From NCBI GenBank assembly GCA_045132355.1, contig JBGUSD010000203.1, positions 1-49,589 of the forward strand: a stretch of 49,589 nt of DNA. Direction: 5' to 3'. The stretch is from Candidatus Gastranaerophilaceae bacterium (lineage in GTDB: Bacteria > Cyanobacteriota > Vampirovibrionia > Gastranaerophilales > Gastranaerophilaceae). A program made the position numbers and the translations under genes. Shown here piece after piece: positions 17,116 through 27,739 of the stretch; positions within the stretch are counted from its first letter, which is position 1; each line of letters begins with the position of its first letter. The notes beneath the pieces are model-generated. The model saw only the letters and a list, made by a program, of their open reading frames with translations. It had not been told where the DNA came from and did not search any database.

Positions 17116-19473
17116 TTAGAATACAAGTTCCAAAGAGTCTAGGTCCTCTTCTAATAACTTTTTCTGGAAGTTTTCGCATTCTTCTATGAGTTTTTTAACC
17201 TCAATATATTTATCATTATTCAATACGGGTGACAGGTCAGTAATATTTTCAAGTTCAATTTTATAGAAATTTTCATTCCTTTCCAAAACTTTTATAAAAT
17301 TTACTTCTTCAAACAAATCAAGTAATGAGAGTATTGTTTCATAGGATTTGCCGAGGGCACTTGCGCAGCGTAATATCCCCACTTCTCCACTATTGTTGTG
17401 AACCGCAAATCTCAGCATTTTGATAAAAGTTGTCAAAAATTCTTTGTCATCAAAATATTTTATTTTATAATTCATAAAGTGAATGGCAGACGGATGGGCA
17501 TCTTCTATAATTTGTTCAAAAGTTTCTCTGTCTGCAGGATAATCAAAAAACATAATTGCATCGCAGTCAGGAATATTTTCTCTGTTGAAGATATGTTCAG
17601 TAAGATTTTTAAACGGGGTCAAACTATCTTTAATTGCTTTACTTTCAGCGAAAATCCCGATATTTGCTTTTGCGTTTTTGACATAATCATCTACCTGTGG
17701 CAAAATATCAGTTTTTTTACGGTGATCGTAAAGTTTTAGACCGACTTCTTTTTGGGTATTTTCTTCTTTCAAATACTCTGAATGAATATCATCAATAATC
17801 AGCTGAACACTTATGTTACCGTTGTATTCATTAATTTGCGGATGAAAAGCTATGTCAAGGGTATCTCCCTGTATAAGTGCAATATCTCCCAAGCCCCAAC
17901 GCAGACATACAAATTCGGTTGTTCCTGCTTGAACAAGCATTCTCAGATGATCTTTATTTTCTCCAATTAGACGCTTTTCTTTAATTTTAAGGTTTTTCAT
18001 TGCAAAAACAGGAGCCGGATTGTTTGCCCCAAAAGGTTCAAGCATAGCCAATTCTTCGACCAAATCAGTTGTGATTTCTGTTGGGGAAACTTCCATATCA
18101 ATTTCAACAAAAGGCTTTAGCTCCTTAGTTCCTATAAAATCTTTTATAGTCTTATTAAGGGCGGATTTTACCTGTTCAAAAGAAGTTTTCTCGCCGGAAA
18201 AAGTCAGCCCTGCGGCAAGAGAGTGTCCCCCAAAACCTTCCAACAGTTCGGAATTTGCACTTATAACATCATATAATGATATACCGTCTATACCTCTTGC
18301 AGAACACCTATATTCATTTTTTTCAGAGGAATAAGTCATTAAAAATGTTGGCTTGTAGTATTTTTCGACCAATTTTGAAGCTACAATTCCGATTATTCCT
18401 ATATGCCACTCAGGTGAAAATAGAATTATTGCAGGATTTTTGTTTCCTTCTTTTTTTAGCATTTCATCTGCTTGTGCAAAAATAGTATTGGAAAGCTCTT
18501 GTCGGACTCTGTTCAGTTCATTCAGGTTTGAAATTGCCATTTCTATTTCTTGTTTATTGTCGGAAATCAGGACATTTATGGCATCTTTTACGGTATCAAG
18601 CCTGCCCGAAGCATTAATCCTTGGTGCAATTCCAAAGGCAATTTTTTCTGATGTAAGACCTTTTTCTACCTTGTATCCTGCACTTTCAAACAGTCTTTTT
18701 ATACCGTAATGTTTTCCTTTGGAGATAAGTTCAAGCCCTTTTGTGACCAAATATCTGTTTTCTCCGACAAGCGGCACAATATCAGCTACTGTTCCTATTG
18801 CAACAAAAGGTAATATGTCGTATATGTATTCTGACTTGTTGTAACGAGCAAGGAGAGCTTGTGCAACCTTAAAGGCAACTCCGACACCTGCAAGTGAAGT
18901 CAAACTTTCAATTTCTTTTAGGCTTAGGTTTTCGTCCAAAGAATTTGGTGCTTTGGGGTTTATTATTGCAAAAGCATTGGGCAATTGTTCAGGTGCTTCG
19001 TGATGGTCTGTGATAATAACATCTATCTTGAAACTATTGATAAAACTGACTTCTTCAAAATTACTAATACCGCAGTCAACAGTAATAATGAGTTTTGGTT
19101 TTGCGGAAGTCATTAGCTTTACAATGGCTGTTTTATTTATTCCATGACCTTCTTTGTCTCTGTCGGGAATAAAATAGTTTACGTCTGCCCCAAGATATTT
19201 GAGAGATTTATACAACAGTGAAGTTGAGGTTATCCCATCAGCATCAAAATCACCGTAGATAACGATTTTTTCTTTATTTTCAATGGCTTTTGCAAGTCTT
19301 TCGACAGCTTTTTGCATATCGACAAAACTATTCGGATCTGAGGGAGTAATTTCAAGTGGGTGTAAAAATTCGTATACATCTTTTTCATCAACTATTCCAC
19401 GAGAAGCCAAAAGCCTTTTTATCAAAGACTTTTCATTACTGTTACTTTCTTTAATCCTCCACTCCTTAAGCAT
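17116..19473 (-). CDS. recJ: single-stranded-DNA-specific exonuclease RecJ
   Basis: DHH motifs YGDFDADGITS, VDCG, ITDHHE; DHHA1 motif GGHSLAAG. Confidence 0.9.
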   Translation of the reverse strand: MLKEWRIKESNSNEKSLIKRLLASRGIVDEKDVYEFLHPLEITPSDPNSFVDMQKAVERLAKAIENKEKIVIYGDFDADGITSTSLLYKSLKYLGADVNYFIPDRDKEGHGINKTAIVKLMTSAKPKLIITVDCGISNFEEVSFINSFKIDVIITDHHEAPEQLPNAFAIINPKAPNSLDENLSLKEIESLTSLAGVGVAFKVAQALLARYNKSEYIYDILPFVAIGTVADIVPLVGENRYLVTKGLELISKGKHYGIKRLFESAGYKVEKGLTSEKIAFGIAPRINASGRLDTVKDAINVLISDNKQEIEMAISNLNELNRVRQELSNTIFAQADEMLKKEGNKNPAIILFSPEWHIGIIGIVASKLVEKYYKPTFLMTYSSEKNEYRCSARGIDGISLYDVISANSELLEGFGGHSLAAGLTFSGEKTSFEQVKSALNKTIKDFIGTKELKPFVEIDMEVSPTEITTDLVEELAMLEPFGANNPAPVFAMKNLKIKEKRLIGENKDHLRMLVQAGTTEFVCLRWGLGDIALIQGDTLDIAFHPQINEYNGNISVQLIIDDIHSEYLKEENTQKEVGLKLYDHRKKTDILPQVDDYVKNAKANIGIFAESKAIKDSLTPFKNLTEHIFNRENIPDCDAIMFFDYPADRETFEQIIEDAHPSAIHFMNYKIKYFDDKEFLTTFIKMLRFAVHNNSGEVGILRCASALGKSYETILSLLDLFEEVNFIKVLERNENFYKIELENITDLSPVLNNDKYIEVKKLIEECENFQKKLLEEDLDSLELVF

Positions 19474-19479
19474 AATTAG

Positions 19480-19488
19480 ATTATATCA
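19480..19488 (-). promoter_or_regulatory. extended -10 TGaTATAAT, 6 nt before the recJ ATG
   Basis: The reverse complement of 19480-19488 reads TGATATAAT. The ATG is at 19473-19471. No SD. Confidence 0.45.
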
Positions 19489-19513
19489 TAGAAGATTAGC
19501 AATAAGAAATTTT

Positions 19514-19547
19514 TTACAAAAAAAGACACCCCCTACGGAGTGTCTTT
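19514..19547 (-). terminator. intrinsic terminator of pgk
   Basis: On the minus strand, an AAAGACAC...GTGTCTTT stem is followed by TTTTTTTG. Confidence 0.65.
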
Positions 19548-19567
19548 CAAATTAATCTATATTAGAA

Positions 19568-20764
19568 TTACTTTTCATCTAAAGCTGCAACGCCAGGTAA
19601 TACTTTACCTTCAATGAATTCTAATGAAGCGCCGCCGCCTGTTGAAACGTGAGTGAAGTCTTCAGCCTTGAAGAATTTCTTAGCTGCAGAAACGCTATCG
19701 CCACCACCGATAACGGAAGTTGCACCATTTTTTGTAGCTTCAACAACAGCTGCAAGAACTGCCTTTGTACCTTCTGCGAATTTAGGGTTTTCAAAAGCGC
19801 CAACAGGGCCGTTCATCAATATAGTTTTTGAAGATTTTATTACGTCAGCAAAAGCTTTTCTTGATTCTTCACCTGCGTCAACACCTTCAAATCCGTCAGG
19901 AATTTCGTTAATCTTAACGAATTTGTTTGTTCCGTTGCCTGAAAAATCGTCAGTTACCAAAACATCTGTTGCCATAACAAGTTTAACACCTTTGTCTTGT
20001 GCTTTCTTTTCGATAGCTTTAGCAACTTCTAATTGGTCATCTTCGCAGATTGAAGTACCGATTTTGCCGCCGTTTGCTTTAACGAATGTATAAGCCATAC
20101 CGCCGCCTATTATCATATTATCAACTTTGTCTAACAAGTTTTCCAAAACACCGATTTTAGAAGAAACTTTAGCGCCGCCAACAATAGCTGTGAATGGTCT
20201 TGTCGGATTATCAAGAGCTTGAGATAAGCATCTGATTTCTTTTTCCATCAACAAACCTGAAACTGCAGGCTTAAGAACTTTTGCCAATTTTGCAGTTGAT
20301 GTGTGGTTTCTGTGAGCCGCGCCGAATGCGTCGTTTACATAGAAATCACCATATTTTGCAAGTTCATTTGCAAATGTCATATCATCATCTTTTGCTTCTT
20401 CAGCCTTGTAGTAACGAATGTTTTCTAACAAAGCGATTTGACCGTCTTGTAATTTTTCAACATATGCACCCATTTCCTCAACAGATGGAATAAATACGAT
20501 TTCTTGACCAAAAACTTTTGTCATATATTTTGCAACAGGTGCTAAAGTAAATTCAGGGTTCTTTTCTCCCTTTGGACGTCCTAAGTGAGCCATAAGAATA
20601 ACCTTTGCGCCGCGTTCTGTCAAATAATTAACTGTCGGAACGATAGCTTGAATTCTTGTATCATCTGTTACGTTTTTGTTTTCATCCAAAGGCACGTTAA
20701 CATCAACTCTGACTAACGCTCTTTTACCTTTAATGTCGCCTAAATCTTTAATTGATTTTTTCAT
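19568..20764 (-). CDS. pgk: phosphoglycerate kinase
   Basis: RVDVNVPL, AHLGRPKG, GGGDS, STGGGASLEF. SD AAGGAG. Confidence 0.97.
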   Translation of the reverse strand: MKKSIKDLGDIKGKRALVRVDVNVPLDENKNVTDDTRIQAIVPTVNYLTERGAKVILMAHLGRPKGEKNPEFTLAPVAKYMTKVFGQEIVFIPSVEEMGAYVEKLQDGQIALLENIRYYKAEEAKDDDMTFANELAKYGDFYVNDAFGAAHRNHTSTAKLAKVLKPAVSGLLMEKEIRCLSQALDNPTRPFTAIVGGAKVSSKIGVLENLLDKVDNMIIGGGMAYTFVKANGGKIGTSICEDDQLEVAKAIEKKAQDKGVKLVMATDVLVTDDFSGNGTNKFVKINEIPDGFEGVDAGEESRKAFADVIKSSKTILMNGPVGAFENPKFAEGTKAVLAAVVEATKNGATSVIGGGDSVSAAKKFFKAEDFTHVSTGGGASLEFIEGKVLPGVAALDEK

Positions 20765-20910
20765 TTTTGCGTTCTCCTTTTTCTCTCTCGCATAACTATA
20801 TTATCAAAAACATAAAATAAACAAAACAAAAAAGCGGATAGAAATTTGCTGTCGGCAAAATACATTAAATAAACCTTTTACTTATAAAAATATTGATGTA
20901 AAATATTATT

Positions 20911-22788
20911 ATGGCGGATACATTAGAAGAATTAATATCTCAGATTAAGGATAGACTTGATATTGTTGATGTTGTATCTGAACAGGTCGTTCTTAAAAAA
21001 TCAGGTAATCACTATTGGGGCCTGTGTCCTTTTCACAAGGAAAAAACCCCGTCATTTTCTGTCAATCCGCAATTGGGTATATACAAATGTTTTGGCTGCG
21101 GAGAGGGCGGAGATGCACTTTCGTTCATAATGAAGACAAAGAATGTTGAATTTATGGATTTAATTAAAGAGCTTGCGCAAGAATATGGGCTTGAACTCCC
21201 TAAAAACCTTAAAAAAGGCGAAGCTAATAAAGGATTAAAAGAAGATATGATTGCTGCAACCTCTCGTGCTGCAGAGTTTTATCATAACAGATTGCTTAGA
21301 GATGACACAAAAGAAGCTCAAGAAGTCCTAAAATACCTTACAAAACGCGGTATTACAAAAGATATAATAAAGAAATTTAACCTTGGTCTTGCCCCAAAAG
21401 CATATACGGATTTGTACAATGATTTGAAAAAAGACTACTCTGACGAAGTTTTGGAAAAAGCCGGTCTGATATTGAAGGGCAAAGAAGAGAGGTATGTTGA
21501 CAGATTCAGACACAGACTTATTATTCCTATTCAAAACGAGTTTGGTGATTTTGTAGCATTTGGTGCAAGAGCAATAGAAGAAGGTCAGAGCCCAAAATAT
21601 ATAAATTCCTCAGATTCTTTGATATATAACAAAAGCAAACTTTTGTACGGATTATATACCGCAAAAGATGCGATAAAAGAGCAGGACAGTGTTGTGTTGA
21701 TGGAGGGATACTTTGACGTGATTTCAGCACAGGCACACGGTATTGAAAATGCTGTAGCAGCTTGCGGAACGTCATTAACACAGGAGCATGTCAAACTTCT
21801 TTCAAGATACACAAAATCTCGCAGGATATATTTGTCTTTTGATACTGATGCTGCAGGACAAAAGGCAACTGACCGCGGCGCAGAAATTATTAAAGAAGTT
21901 TTTGCCGGTGTAGGAAATATAAAAATGTTTGATGAAAGCTATATTTCAACGTCAGATAACAAATATTCCTGTGAAATCAGAGTTATATGTCCTCCTGAAG
22001 GCAAAGATCCTGATGAATTTATTCGTTCAGTCGGAGCTGAAAGTTATAGGCAGTTTATGGAGCATGCTCCGCTGTTGATTGATTTTCAGATAAACAGTAT
22101 CTTAAAAGAAAAAGACAACTACAAAACCCCGACAGAAAAGGCAAAATACATACGTACAATTATTCCTGTTTTGAGAGAAATAAAAAACAGGATAGTACGT
22201 TCAGAATACACAGAAATGGTCGCGCAGGCTGTTGGAATAGACAGCAAAGTCCTTGCGCGAGAGGTAAACAGTTTTAAAGAACCAAAAGAAAGTGCCGAGA
22301 CTTTTGTTAAGAATGTAACAAAAAACGAAACAATTTATGAAAAAGCGCAAAAAAATTTATTGAGCGTTTTTCTAGTACCCGAAAGTCCTATAAGTTTTGA
22401 CATAATCAAGACTATAATAGGCGATACAGCTTTCGAAGACGAAACGTTAATAATTGTAAAATCTACAATTGACAAATTAACGTGTACCGTAAATAATGTA
22501 AAGGAATTAATTGAACATTTATATACGGAATTCATCGAAAAGCCTGAATTACAGAAAATTGTAACGGATTTAATAAGCATATCGGAAAGTTATAAAAATC
22601 TGAATTCCCAAGACTTTGAAAATGTAATTAAAGAAAATATAAATAAGATTAAGCAATGTCAAAGGGAACGCGAGAAAGAAAAACTACGAGATTTGTATAA
22701 TAACGTAAATAACGATGATACCGAAGCCCTAAAAATTCAAATGCAATTAAGAGATAAGATTAACAATCGGAGAAAAATGAATGACTAA
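20911..22788 (+). CDS. dnaG: DNA primase
   Basis: Zinc ribbon [30 protein letters not shown]; TOPRIM EGYFDV...FDTDAAG. Confidence 0.95.
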   Translation: MADTLEELISQIKDRLDIVDVVSEQVVLKKSGNHYWGLCPFHKEKTPSFSVNPQLGIYKCFGCGEGGDALSFIMKTKNVEFMDLIKELAQEYGLELPKNLKKGEANKGLKEDMIAATSRAAEFYHNRLLRDDTKEAQEVLKYLTKRGITKDIIKKFNLGLAPKAYTDLYNDLKKDYSDEVLEKAGLILKGKEERYVDRFRHRLIIPIQNEFGDFVAFGARAIEEGQSPKYINSSDSLIYNKSKLLYGLYTAKDAIKEQDSVVLMEGYFDVISAQAHGIENAVAACGTSLTQEHVKLLSRYTKSRRIYLSFDTDAAGQKATDRGAEIIKEVFAGVGNIKMFDESYISTSDNKYSCEIRVICPPEGKDPDEFIRSVGAESYRQFMEHAPLLIDFQINSILKEKDNYKTPTEKAKYIRTIIPVLREIKNRIVRSEYTEMVAQAVGIDSKVLAREVNSFKEPKESAETFVKNVTKNETIYEKAQKNLLSVFLVPESPISFDIIKTIIGDTAFEDETLIIVKSTIDKLTCTVNNVKELIEHLYTEFIEKPELQKIVTDLISISESYKNLNSQDFENVIKENINKIKQCQREREKEKLRDLYNNVNNDDTEALKIQMQLRDKINNRRKMND

Positions 22789-23884
22789 GAAAAGACAACC
22801 AAGTTCCTCAGTTGTAAGTGTAATGGAAGATGAAACACTTGATGATTTACAAGATATAGATGAAGATTCAGTCCTAAGTTCCGAAAATGACAGCGTAAGC
22901 TACATGAATATGGACATCAGTACTGACAACATCGAGGATATCGTTACGTCTAAAATGGGTGGCAAAATAAATATGGACGATATTTATATGTCATCAGAAG
23001 AAGACTCAGAAGACGATGCAGATTTTGATTTACCAAAAGGTATTGCAGTAGATGATCCGGTAAGATTATATTTAAGAGAAATTGGCCGTATAAAGCTGTT
23101 ATCTGCAAATGATGAAATTGAATTGGCTCGCAAAATATTGCAAGGCGGAAGTGCCGGTGCCATTGCAAAAAGAAAACTTGTTCAAGCAAACTTGCGTTTG
23201 GTTGTAAGTATTGCTAAAAAATATGTTGGTCGTGGAATGTTGTTCTTAGACCTTATTCAAGAGGGTAATTTGGGTCTTATTCGTGCAGCAGAAAAATTTG
23301 ACCATGAAAGAGGATTCAAGTTCTCAACATATGCAACATGGTGGATTAGACAAGCAATTACACGTGCTATTGCAGATCAGGCAAGAACAATTCGTATCCC
23401 TGTTCACATGGTTGAAACGATTAACAAGTTGAAAAAAGTTACAAGAAGATTGGCTCAAGAGCTTTCAAGAAAACCAACCGAGGATGAATTGGCAGTAGAG
23501 ATGAATGTTTCTATTCCAAAACTTCGTGAAATTATTAAGATTGCGCAAGAGCCTTTATCTTTGGAAACTCCAATCGGAAAAGAAGAAGATTCAAGATTGG
23601 GTGATTTTATAGAAGACAAAGAAGCAGATGCTCCTATCAAGACAGTCGCATCAGAACTTTTGAGAGAAGACTTGGCAGAAGTTTTGTGCACACTATCTCC
23701 AAGAGAACGTGATGTTTTGAGATTACGTTTTGGTATGGATGACGGCCGCCAAAGAACATTGGAAGAAGTTGGTCAATTGTTTGGAGTTACCCGTGAACGT
23801 ATCAGACAAATTGAAGCAAAAGCATTGAGAAAACTTCGTCATCCAAACAGAAGCAAACGTTTAAGAGAATACGTTGAATCATAA
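22781..23884 (+). CDS. rpoD: primary RNA polymerase sigma factor
   Basis: [45 protein letters not shown]. 8-nt overlap with dnaG. Confidence 0.95.
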   Translation: MTKKRQPSSSVVSVMEDETLDDLQDIDEDSVLSSENDSVSYMNMDISTDNIEDIVTSKMGGKINMDDIYMSSEEDSEDDADFDLPKGIAVDDPVRLYLREIGRIKLLSANDEIELARKILQGGSAGAIAKRKLVQANLRLVVSIAKKYVGRGMLFLDLIQEGNLGLIRAAEKFDHERGFKFSTYATWWIRQAITRAIADQARTIRIPVHMVETINKLKKVTRRLAQELSRKPTEDELAVEMNVSIPKLREIIKIAQEPLSLETPIGKEEDSRLGDFIEDKEADAPIKTVASELLREDLAEVLCTLSPRERDVLRLRFGMDDGRQRTLEEVGQLFGVTRERIRQIEAKALRKLRHPNRSKRLREYVES

Positions 23885-23888
23885 GTTT

Positions 23889-23920
23889 AAAAAGTCCCGA
23901 AACTCGGGACTTTTTATTTT
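23889..23920 (+). terminator. intrinsic terminator after rpoD
   Basis: AAAAAGTCCCGA-aact-CGGGACTTTTT followed by ATTTT. Confidence 0.8.
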
Positions 23921-23935
23921 CAATCTAATAAATAC

Positions 23936-23962
23936 CAAATAAAAAAGCCGTTTTGACGGCTT
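23936..23962 (-). terminator. intrinsic terminator of the minus-strand gene at 24038-24433
   Basis: On the minus strand, AAGCCGT-caaa-ACGGCTT is followed by TTTTTATTT. Confidence 0.6.
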
Positions 23963-24037
23963 AAATGAGTAAATGTAGTGTGGTTTTTGTGTTGGGGGTG
24001 TGCCCGAAGGCACTTATAAAATGTAGTATTTATAAGT

Positions 24038-24433
24038 CTATTTGATGCCAAACTCTTTATTCAATGCTTGAATAAAAGGAGATGATGCCATTTTGCGTTC
24101 CATATCCGCAACGGCAAATACGTTGTCAATGTCTGCGATACCTTTTGCGGTTTCAGATGCAAGTTCTGTATCTTTCAATTTCAAACCGTTTAGTGCATCG
24201 CCCCAAAATTCTTTGTCGATTTTTTCGCCTTGAGGTTTTTTGATTTGTACCCCAAAGATGCTTGCGGCGTTTGCTGTCAAAAGATCTTCACCAAGTTCTT
24301 TTACAAACTTGTTGTCTACAACAGCTTTTTGTTCAGCAACTTTTTCCTCTTTACCTACTTCTTTTGCATTTGGCAATTCTTTGCCGATTTTAAAGTTGTT
24401 TACATTTCCTTTTCCGTTAAATTCGATAGCCAT
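24038..24433 (-). CDS. hypothetical protein
   Basis: SD AAGGAG upstream. No motif recognised. Confidence 0.5.
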   Translation of the reverse strand: MAIEFNGKGNVNNFKIGKELPNAKEVGKEEKVAEQKAVVDNKFVKELGEDLLTANAASIFGVQIKKPQGEKIDKEFWGDALNGLKLKDTELASETAKGIADIDNVFAVADMERKMASSPFIQALNKEFGIK

Positions 24434-24549
24434 AACTGACTCCTTTTCATTTACTCACATGTTATCTATCGGCATGTTTTTAATTTTCTTTAATAAAAAG
24501 ACGCATATTCCTCCATTTATGTTACAAAACTTAATGTTTCATATAAAAT

Positions 24550-24565
24550 TTAGCCAAGTGGCTAA
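24550..24565. promoter_or_regulatory. inverted repeat TTAGCCA-ag-TGGCTAA, candidate operator at the predicted start site of the kinase gene
   Basis: Read directly. It lies just downstream of TTACAA(24522-24527)-16-TAAAAT(24544-24549). Confidence 0.35.
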
Positions 24566-24613
24566 TACCCCTAAAAAATAAAAATTTGTAAAATTGAATG
24601 GTGGAGTTTAAAA

Positions 24614-25321
24614 ATGGCAGAACACAACACAGACGATTTGCAGATTTCACAGGATAAAGAGACAATATTAGCACTTGTAACACATGATTTGAAAAATCCG
24701 GTCAATGCCGGCATGATGGCTTTAAAATTGTTGGAGGATAAAAACCTTTCACCGCTCAATCCTTATCAAGAGGAATTGGTTACAAACCTTGCAGGCAGTT
24801 ACAAATATATGAAAAATTTGATTGAAAATGTCTTAGACAGGTATAAAGTTATAAATCATGCCTATAAACTCAATAAAACTCCAGTAAACTTTGTGAGTTT
24901 GATAAATTCCGCAATCGAAGAATACAAATTTTTGTTTCTTGATAAAGAACAAAAAGTGAGGATGAATTCGACTGTCAAAAACCGTTATGTAAATATTGAT
25001 AGTTTAGAGATAATGCGTGTTGTACACAATCTTATAACAAATGCCATAAAATATGCTCCGCAAAAATCAGAGATAGAAATCTCATTATATGAGCAAAAAA
25101 ATAATATTTACTGCTCAATAAAAAACGATGGATGTACATTCGGTCCTATGGACAATCCTTTTGACAAATTTTATACGCAGGATACGGATTCTAAAACTAT
25201 AGCAACGGGTTTAGGACTGTATATAGTAAAGGAAGTAATCACAGCACATGGCGGAACTATTCATCTTGATTGTGAGCCCGACAAATACACAATGATAACT
25301 TTTTCACTTCCAATAAAATAA
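24614..25321 (+). CDS. sensor-less (minimal, cytoplasmic) histidine kinase
   Basis: H-box THDLKNP about 25 aa from the N-terminus, N-box HNLITNAIKYAP, G1 IKNDG, G2 GLGLYIVKEV. No TM or sensor domain. Confidence 0.8.
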   Translation: MAEHNTDDLQISQDKETILALVTHDLKNPVNAGMMALKLLEDKNLSPLNPYQEELVTNLAGSYKYMKNLIENVLDRYKVINHAYKLNKTPVNFVSLINSAIEEYKFLFLDKEQKVRMNSTVKNRYVNIDSLEIMRVVHNLITNAIKYAPQKSEIEISLYEQKNNIYCSIKNDGCTFGPMDNPFDKFYTQDTDSKTIATGLGLYIVKEVITAHGGTIHLDCEPDKYTMITFSLPIK

Positions 25322-25369
25322 TATATTTAAAGCATAAAAAGTTATGGCAAAAGTTTTATAATCTTTTGT

Positions 25370-26224
25370 ATGAGCATGCAAATTTTGTCGGAATATCTTG
25401 AATATCTTGAGATTGAAAAAGGTTTGTCAAAAAACACGATAGATGCATACAGGCGTGATTTGACAGAATTTTTGAGTGAAAACGATAAAGAATTAAAAGA
25501 TATTGAGCGAGGGGACATAACCAAATTTATAAGGGATTTGCACGAAAAAGAATATTCTCCGACAAGTGTTATAAGAAAGATTGCCTCACTGAGAGGGTTT
25601 TTCAAGTGGCTTTGTACAAATGAATATTGTAAAAACGATCCTACATTGACGATAGAGCAGCCAAAATTTCCGAAAAAGCTGCCAAAAGTTATGACCTTGC
25701 AAGAGATTGATACGATATTAAATCAGGATTTGTCAAAGCTTGAAAAAGTTATATTAGAACTGCTATACGGTTGTGGTCTCAGGGTTTCAGAGCTTGTTAA
25801 TTTGAAAATAAACGATTATGATTTGGGCGCAAAGTATGTTCAATGCTACGGAAAAGGTTCAAAAGAGAGGATTATACCGCTTGGCTCAAAGGCCATTGAT
25901 GCGATAAAGAAATATCTGCCGGAAAGGGATTTTGTATTGCAGAAAAACAGATTAGATTCAAAAAAACTGCTGATTAATGAAAAGGGTAAAAACCTTACAC
26001 GGCAAGATGTTTATAACTTTATTCATGAACAGGGGAAAAAGATTCACAAGACAATAAGCCCGCATACTCTAAGACACAGTTTTGCAACACATATGTTGGA
26101 AAACGGTGCTGATTTGAGAGTTGTGCAGGAACTTTTGGGTCATAGTGATGTTTCAACAACCCAACTTTACACGCACATAAGCAAAAAACGGCTTAAAGAG
26201 GTTTATTTTTCTATCAATAAATAA
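25370..26224 (+). CDS. xerD: tyrosine recombinase XerD-like
   Basis: LSKNTIDAYRRDL, GLRVSEL, HTLRHSFATHMLENGADLRVVQELLGHSDVSTTQLYTH. Confidence 0.8.
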   Translation: MSMQILSEYLEYLEIEKGLSKNTIDAYRRDLTEFLSENDKELKDIERGDITKFIRDLHEKEYSPTSVIRKIASLRGFFKWLCTNEYCKNDPTLTIEQPKFPKKLPKVMTLQEIDTILNQDLSKLEKVILELLYGCGLRVSELVNLKINDYDLGAKYVQCYGKGSKERIIPLGSKAIDAIKKYLPERDFVLQKNRLDSKKLLINEKGKNLTRQDVYNFIHEQGKKIHKTISPHTLRHSFATHMLENGADLRVVQELLGHSDVSTTQLYTHISKKRLKEVYFSINK

Positions 26225-26255
26225 GGGGTGCAAAATTCTGCACCCCTTATTTATT
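26223..26255. terminator. terminator hairpin between convergent genes
   Basis: AAGGGGTGCA-aaattc-TGCACCCCTT followed by ATTTATT. Confidence 0.7.
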
Positions 26256-26258
26256 CTA

Positions 26259-27566
26259 TTATTCAAATTCAAAAGGTTTAACTTTAGTCATTTCTTCGTA
26301 TTCTTTAACAGTTACAGTATTTGGTGCTTGAGAATGTTTTTCAAGTGCTTTGGCTAACAATTCTGGCTGTTTGTCAATCAATTTTTTATCAGCACTGACA
26401 ATATCTCTGCCAATCGTTGTTTTTATATTTTGGATTACCTGTTCTGTTGGAGCACCATCCTTGTTTACAATATTTTGAACCGTATAACTTGCCCAATCTG
26501 CAGGCAGTTCTTCTATTTCTTTGTAGTCCTTATCTGTTCCGAGACGTTTTCCGGTTTCTTTTGTAAGAATACTTGTTACGTAATCTTTTTGACTTTCAAA
26601 ATGGCAAGGAAGAATAATGTCATCCCCTATAATTTCCTGAGGGTCACGATCTTCGTATTTTTGAAGCATTTCTGCCGCAAAGTGTAAATGCTCGATTTCC
26701 ATAGCCATAAATTCTTCCCAGACGGTTTTTAATCTGTCATCAATTTCGTCTTGGTAGCAGTTATAATAGTTGCAGACCTCAGTAAATTCGTGAAGTAAAA
26801 GTTTTTCAAAAGGTGTTTCATTAGGGTCAATCAAAGATTCATACATAGAAACATGTTCTTCTTCGACATCACAAATTTCTCCATACATTCTTCTCAAATC
26901 GTCATTTGAGTACATCATACCGTGTTCTGAGTAGAAATTGTGTGTTTGCTGTTCACCGGACAAAAGAGTTAGAATGTTTATTTTTGTCTGCGGAGAAGTT
27001 TTATCTTTGTTATATGGTTTTCTAAGCCTCAGAGCGTTGCAGTTGTGGTGATATTGTGTAGGGCGCCCAATGACAACATCTGTTTGGTCTTGTAATATAT
27101 GGTTAGGGTCAGAGCCTTCCATTATATATGACCATTGACTGTATCTGTATAGGTGGTCAAAGTCCTCCAGCAGACCAAAATCGTATGTTTCTTTTACATA
27201 TTTATCAGGTTCGTTTTGCGCAAGCCAAGCGGTAAGGTCAACAGCAACTTGTTCGTACCCGAGTGTCGTATCAAGAACGCTTTGGCCGGCAGGCGTCAGC
27301 CAATTTACGGTGGTTTCCTGCATATCTTCTATACGTCTGATTTGAGAGATTAGTTTTCTGTCTTCATCATCAAGGTTTGGTACTAATCTTGCAAATGCAT
27401 GTTTGAAGCCCCACGCTTCAACTTCTATCCCGTTTAAAAGGATTTGGCGTGTTCTTGTGTAACAATCTACCTCGCTATGATCAAAAGGTCGTTTTACTAT
27501 ATCATGCCAAGTTCTCAAGTGTTTTTCAAGCGGCATACCTTTTTCTTTTAATGCGTTAAAGCTCAT
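26259..27566 (-). CDS. ferritin-like / di-iron-carboxylate-type protein of unknown function
   Basis: ExxH motifs (VEEEHVSMY, MEIEHLHF) plus LLEDFDHLY and GEQQTHNFY on predicted helices. Start moved to ATG 27566 because AAAGGAG lies 5 nt upstream; the ORF track begins at TTG 27587. Confidence 0.4.
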   Translation of the reverse strand: MSFNALKEKGMPLEKHLRTWHDIVKRPFDHSEVDCYTRTRQILLNGIEVEAWGFKHAFARLVPNLDDEDRKLISQIRRIEDMQETTVNWLTPAGQSVLDTTLGYEQVAVDLTAWLAQNEPDKYVKETYDFGLLEDFDHLYRYSQWSYIMEGSDPNHILQDQTDVVIGRPTQYHHNCNALRLRKPYNKDKTSPQTKINILTLLSGEQQTHNFYSEHGMMYSNDDLRRMYGEICDVEEEHVSMYESLIDPNETPFEKLLLHEFTEVCNYYNCYQDEIDDRLKTVWEEFMAMEIEHLHFAAEMLQKYEDRDPQEIIGDDIILPCHFESQKDYVTSILTKETGKRLGTDKDYKEIEELPADWASYTVQNIVNKDGAPTEQVIQNIKTTIGRDIVSADKKLIDKQPELLAKALEKHSQAPNTVTVKEYEEMTKVKPFEFE

Positions 27567-27739
27567 ATTTTCTCCTTTCTTACTCAAACGGTATATTCTG
27601 AAAAGAGAGGAAAAACATCAGCCTGTTGAGGGTAGTCAACCTATCGAAAAATATTAATAAATTTAAAGATAAAATACTTGTAGAATAACAAATTTTGTTA
27701 TATTTTGTGTTATATAATAGAAGAAAAAGGAGTGAAATC

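Noticed and set aside
23999-24012. GTGCC-CGAA-GGCAC hairpin (GUGCC-UUCG-GGCAC on the minus-strand transcript) and a 9-bp direct repeat AAATGTAGT (23971 and 24019) in the 3' UTR of the gene at 24038-24433
   Set aside because: It is a real structure, but a stable tetraloop hairpin upstream of the true terminator is an ordinary mRNA 3'-end feature. The 9-mer repeat is short enough to be chance in AT-rich DNA.
25370-26224. The two tyrosine recombinases (also 45932-46849) as integrases of a mobile element
   Set aside because: Both have XerC/XerD length and motif organisation and sit among housekeeping genes. Neither is adjacent to the tRNA repeat; the nearer one is about 8 kb away, beyond engB and the TPR operon.
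27695-27739. Upstream TTG/ATG extensions of several ORFs (27695 for the PPIase, 28572 for HxlR, 31983 for the repeat protein, 38668-38679, 27567-27587, 41924-41947)
   Set aside because: In each case an internal ATG is preceded by a good SD at proper spacing, and the extension adds residues that disrupt a signal peptide or conserved N-terminus.
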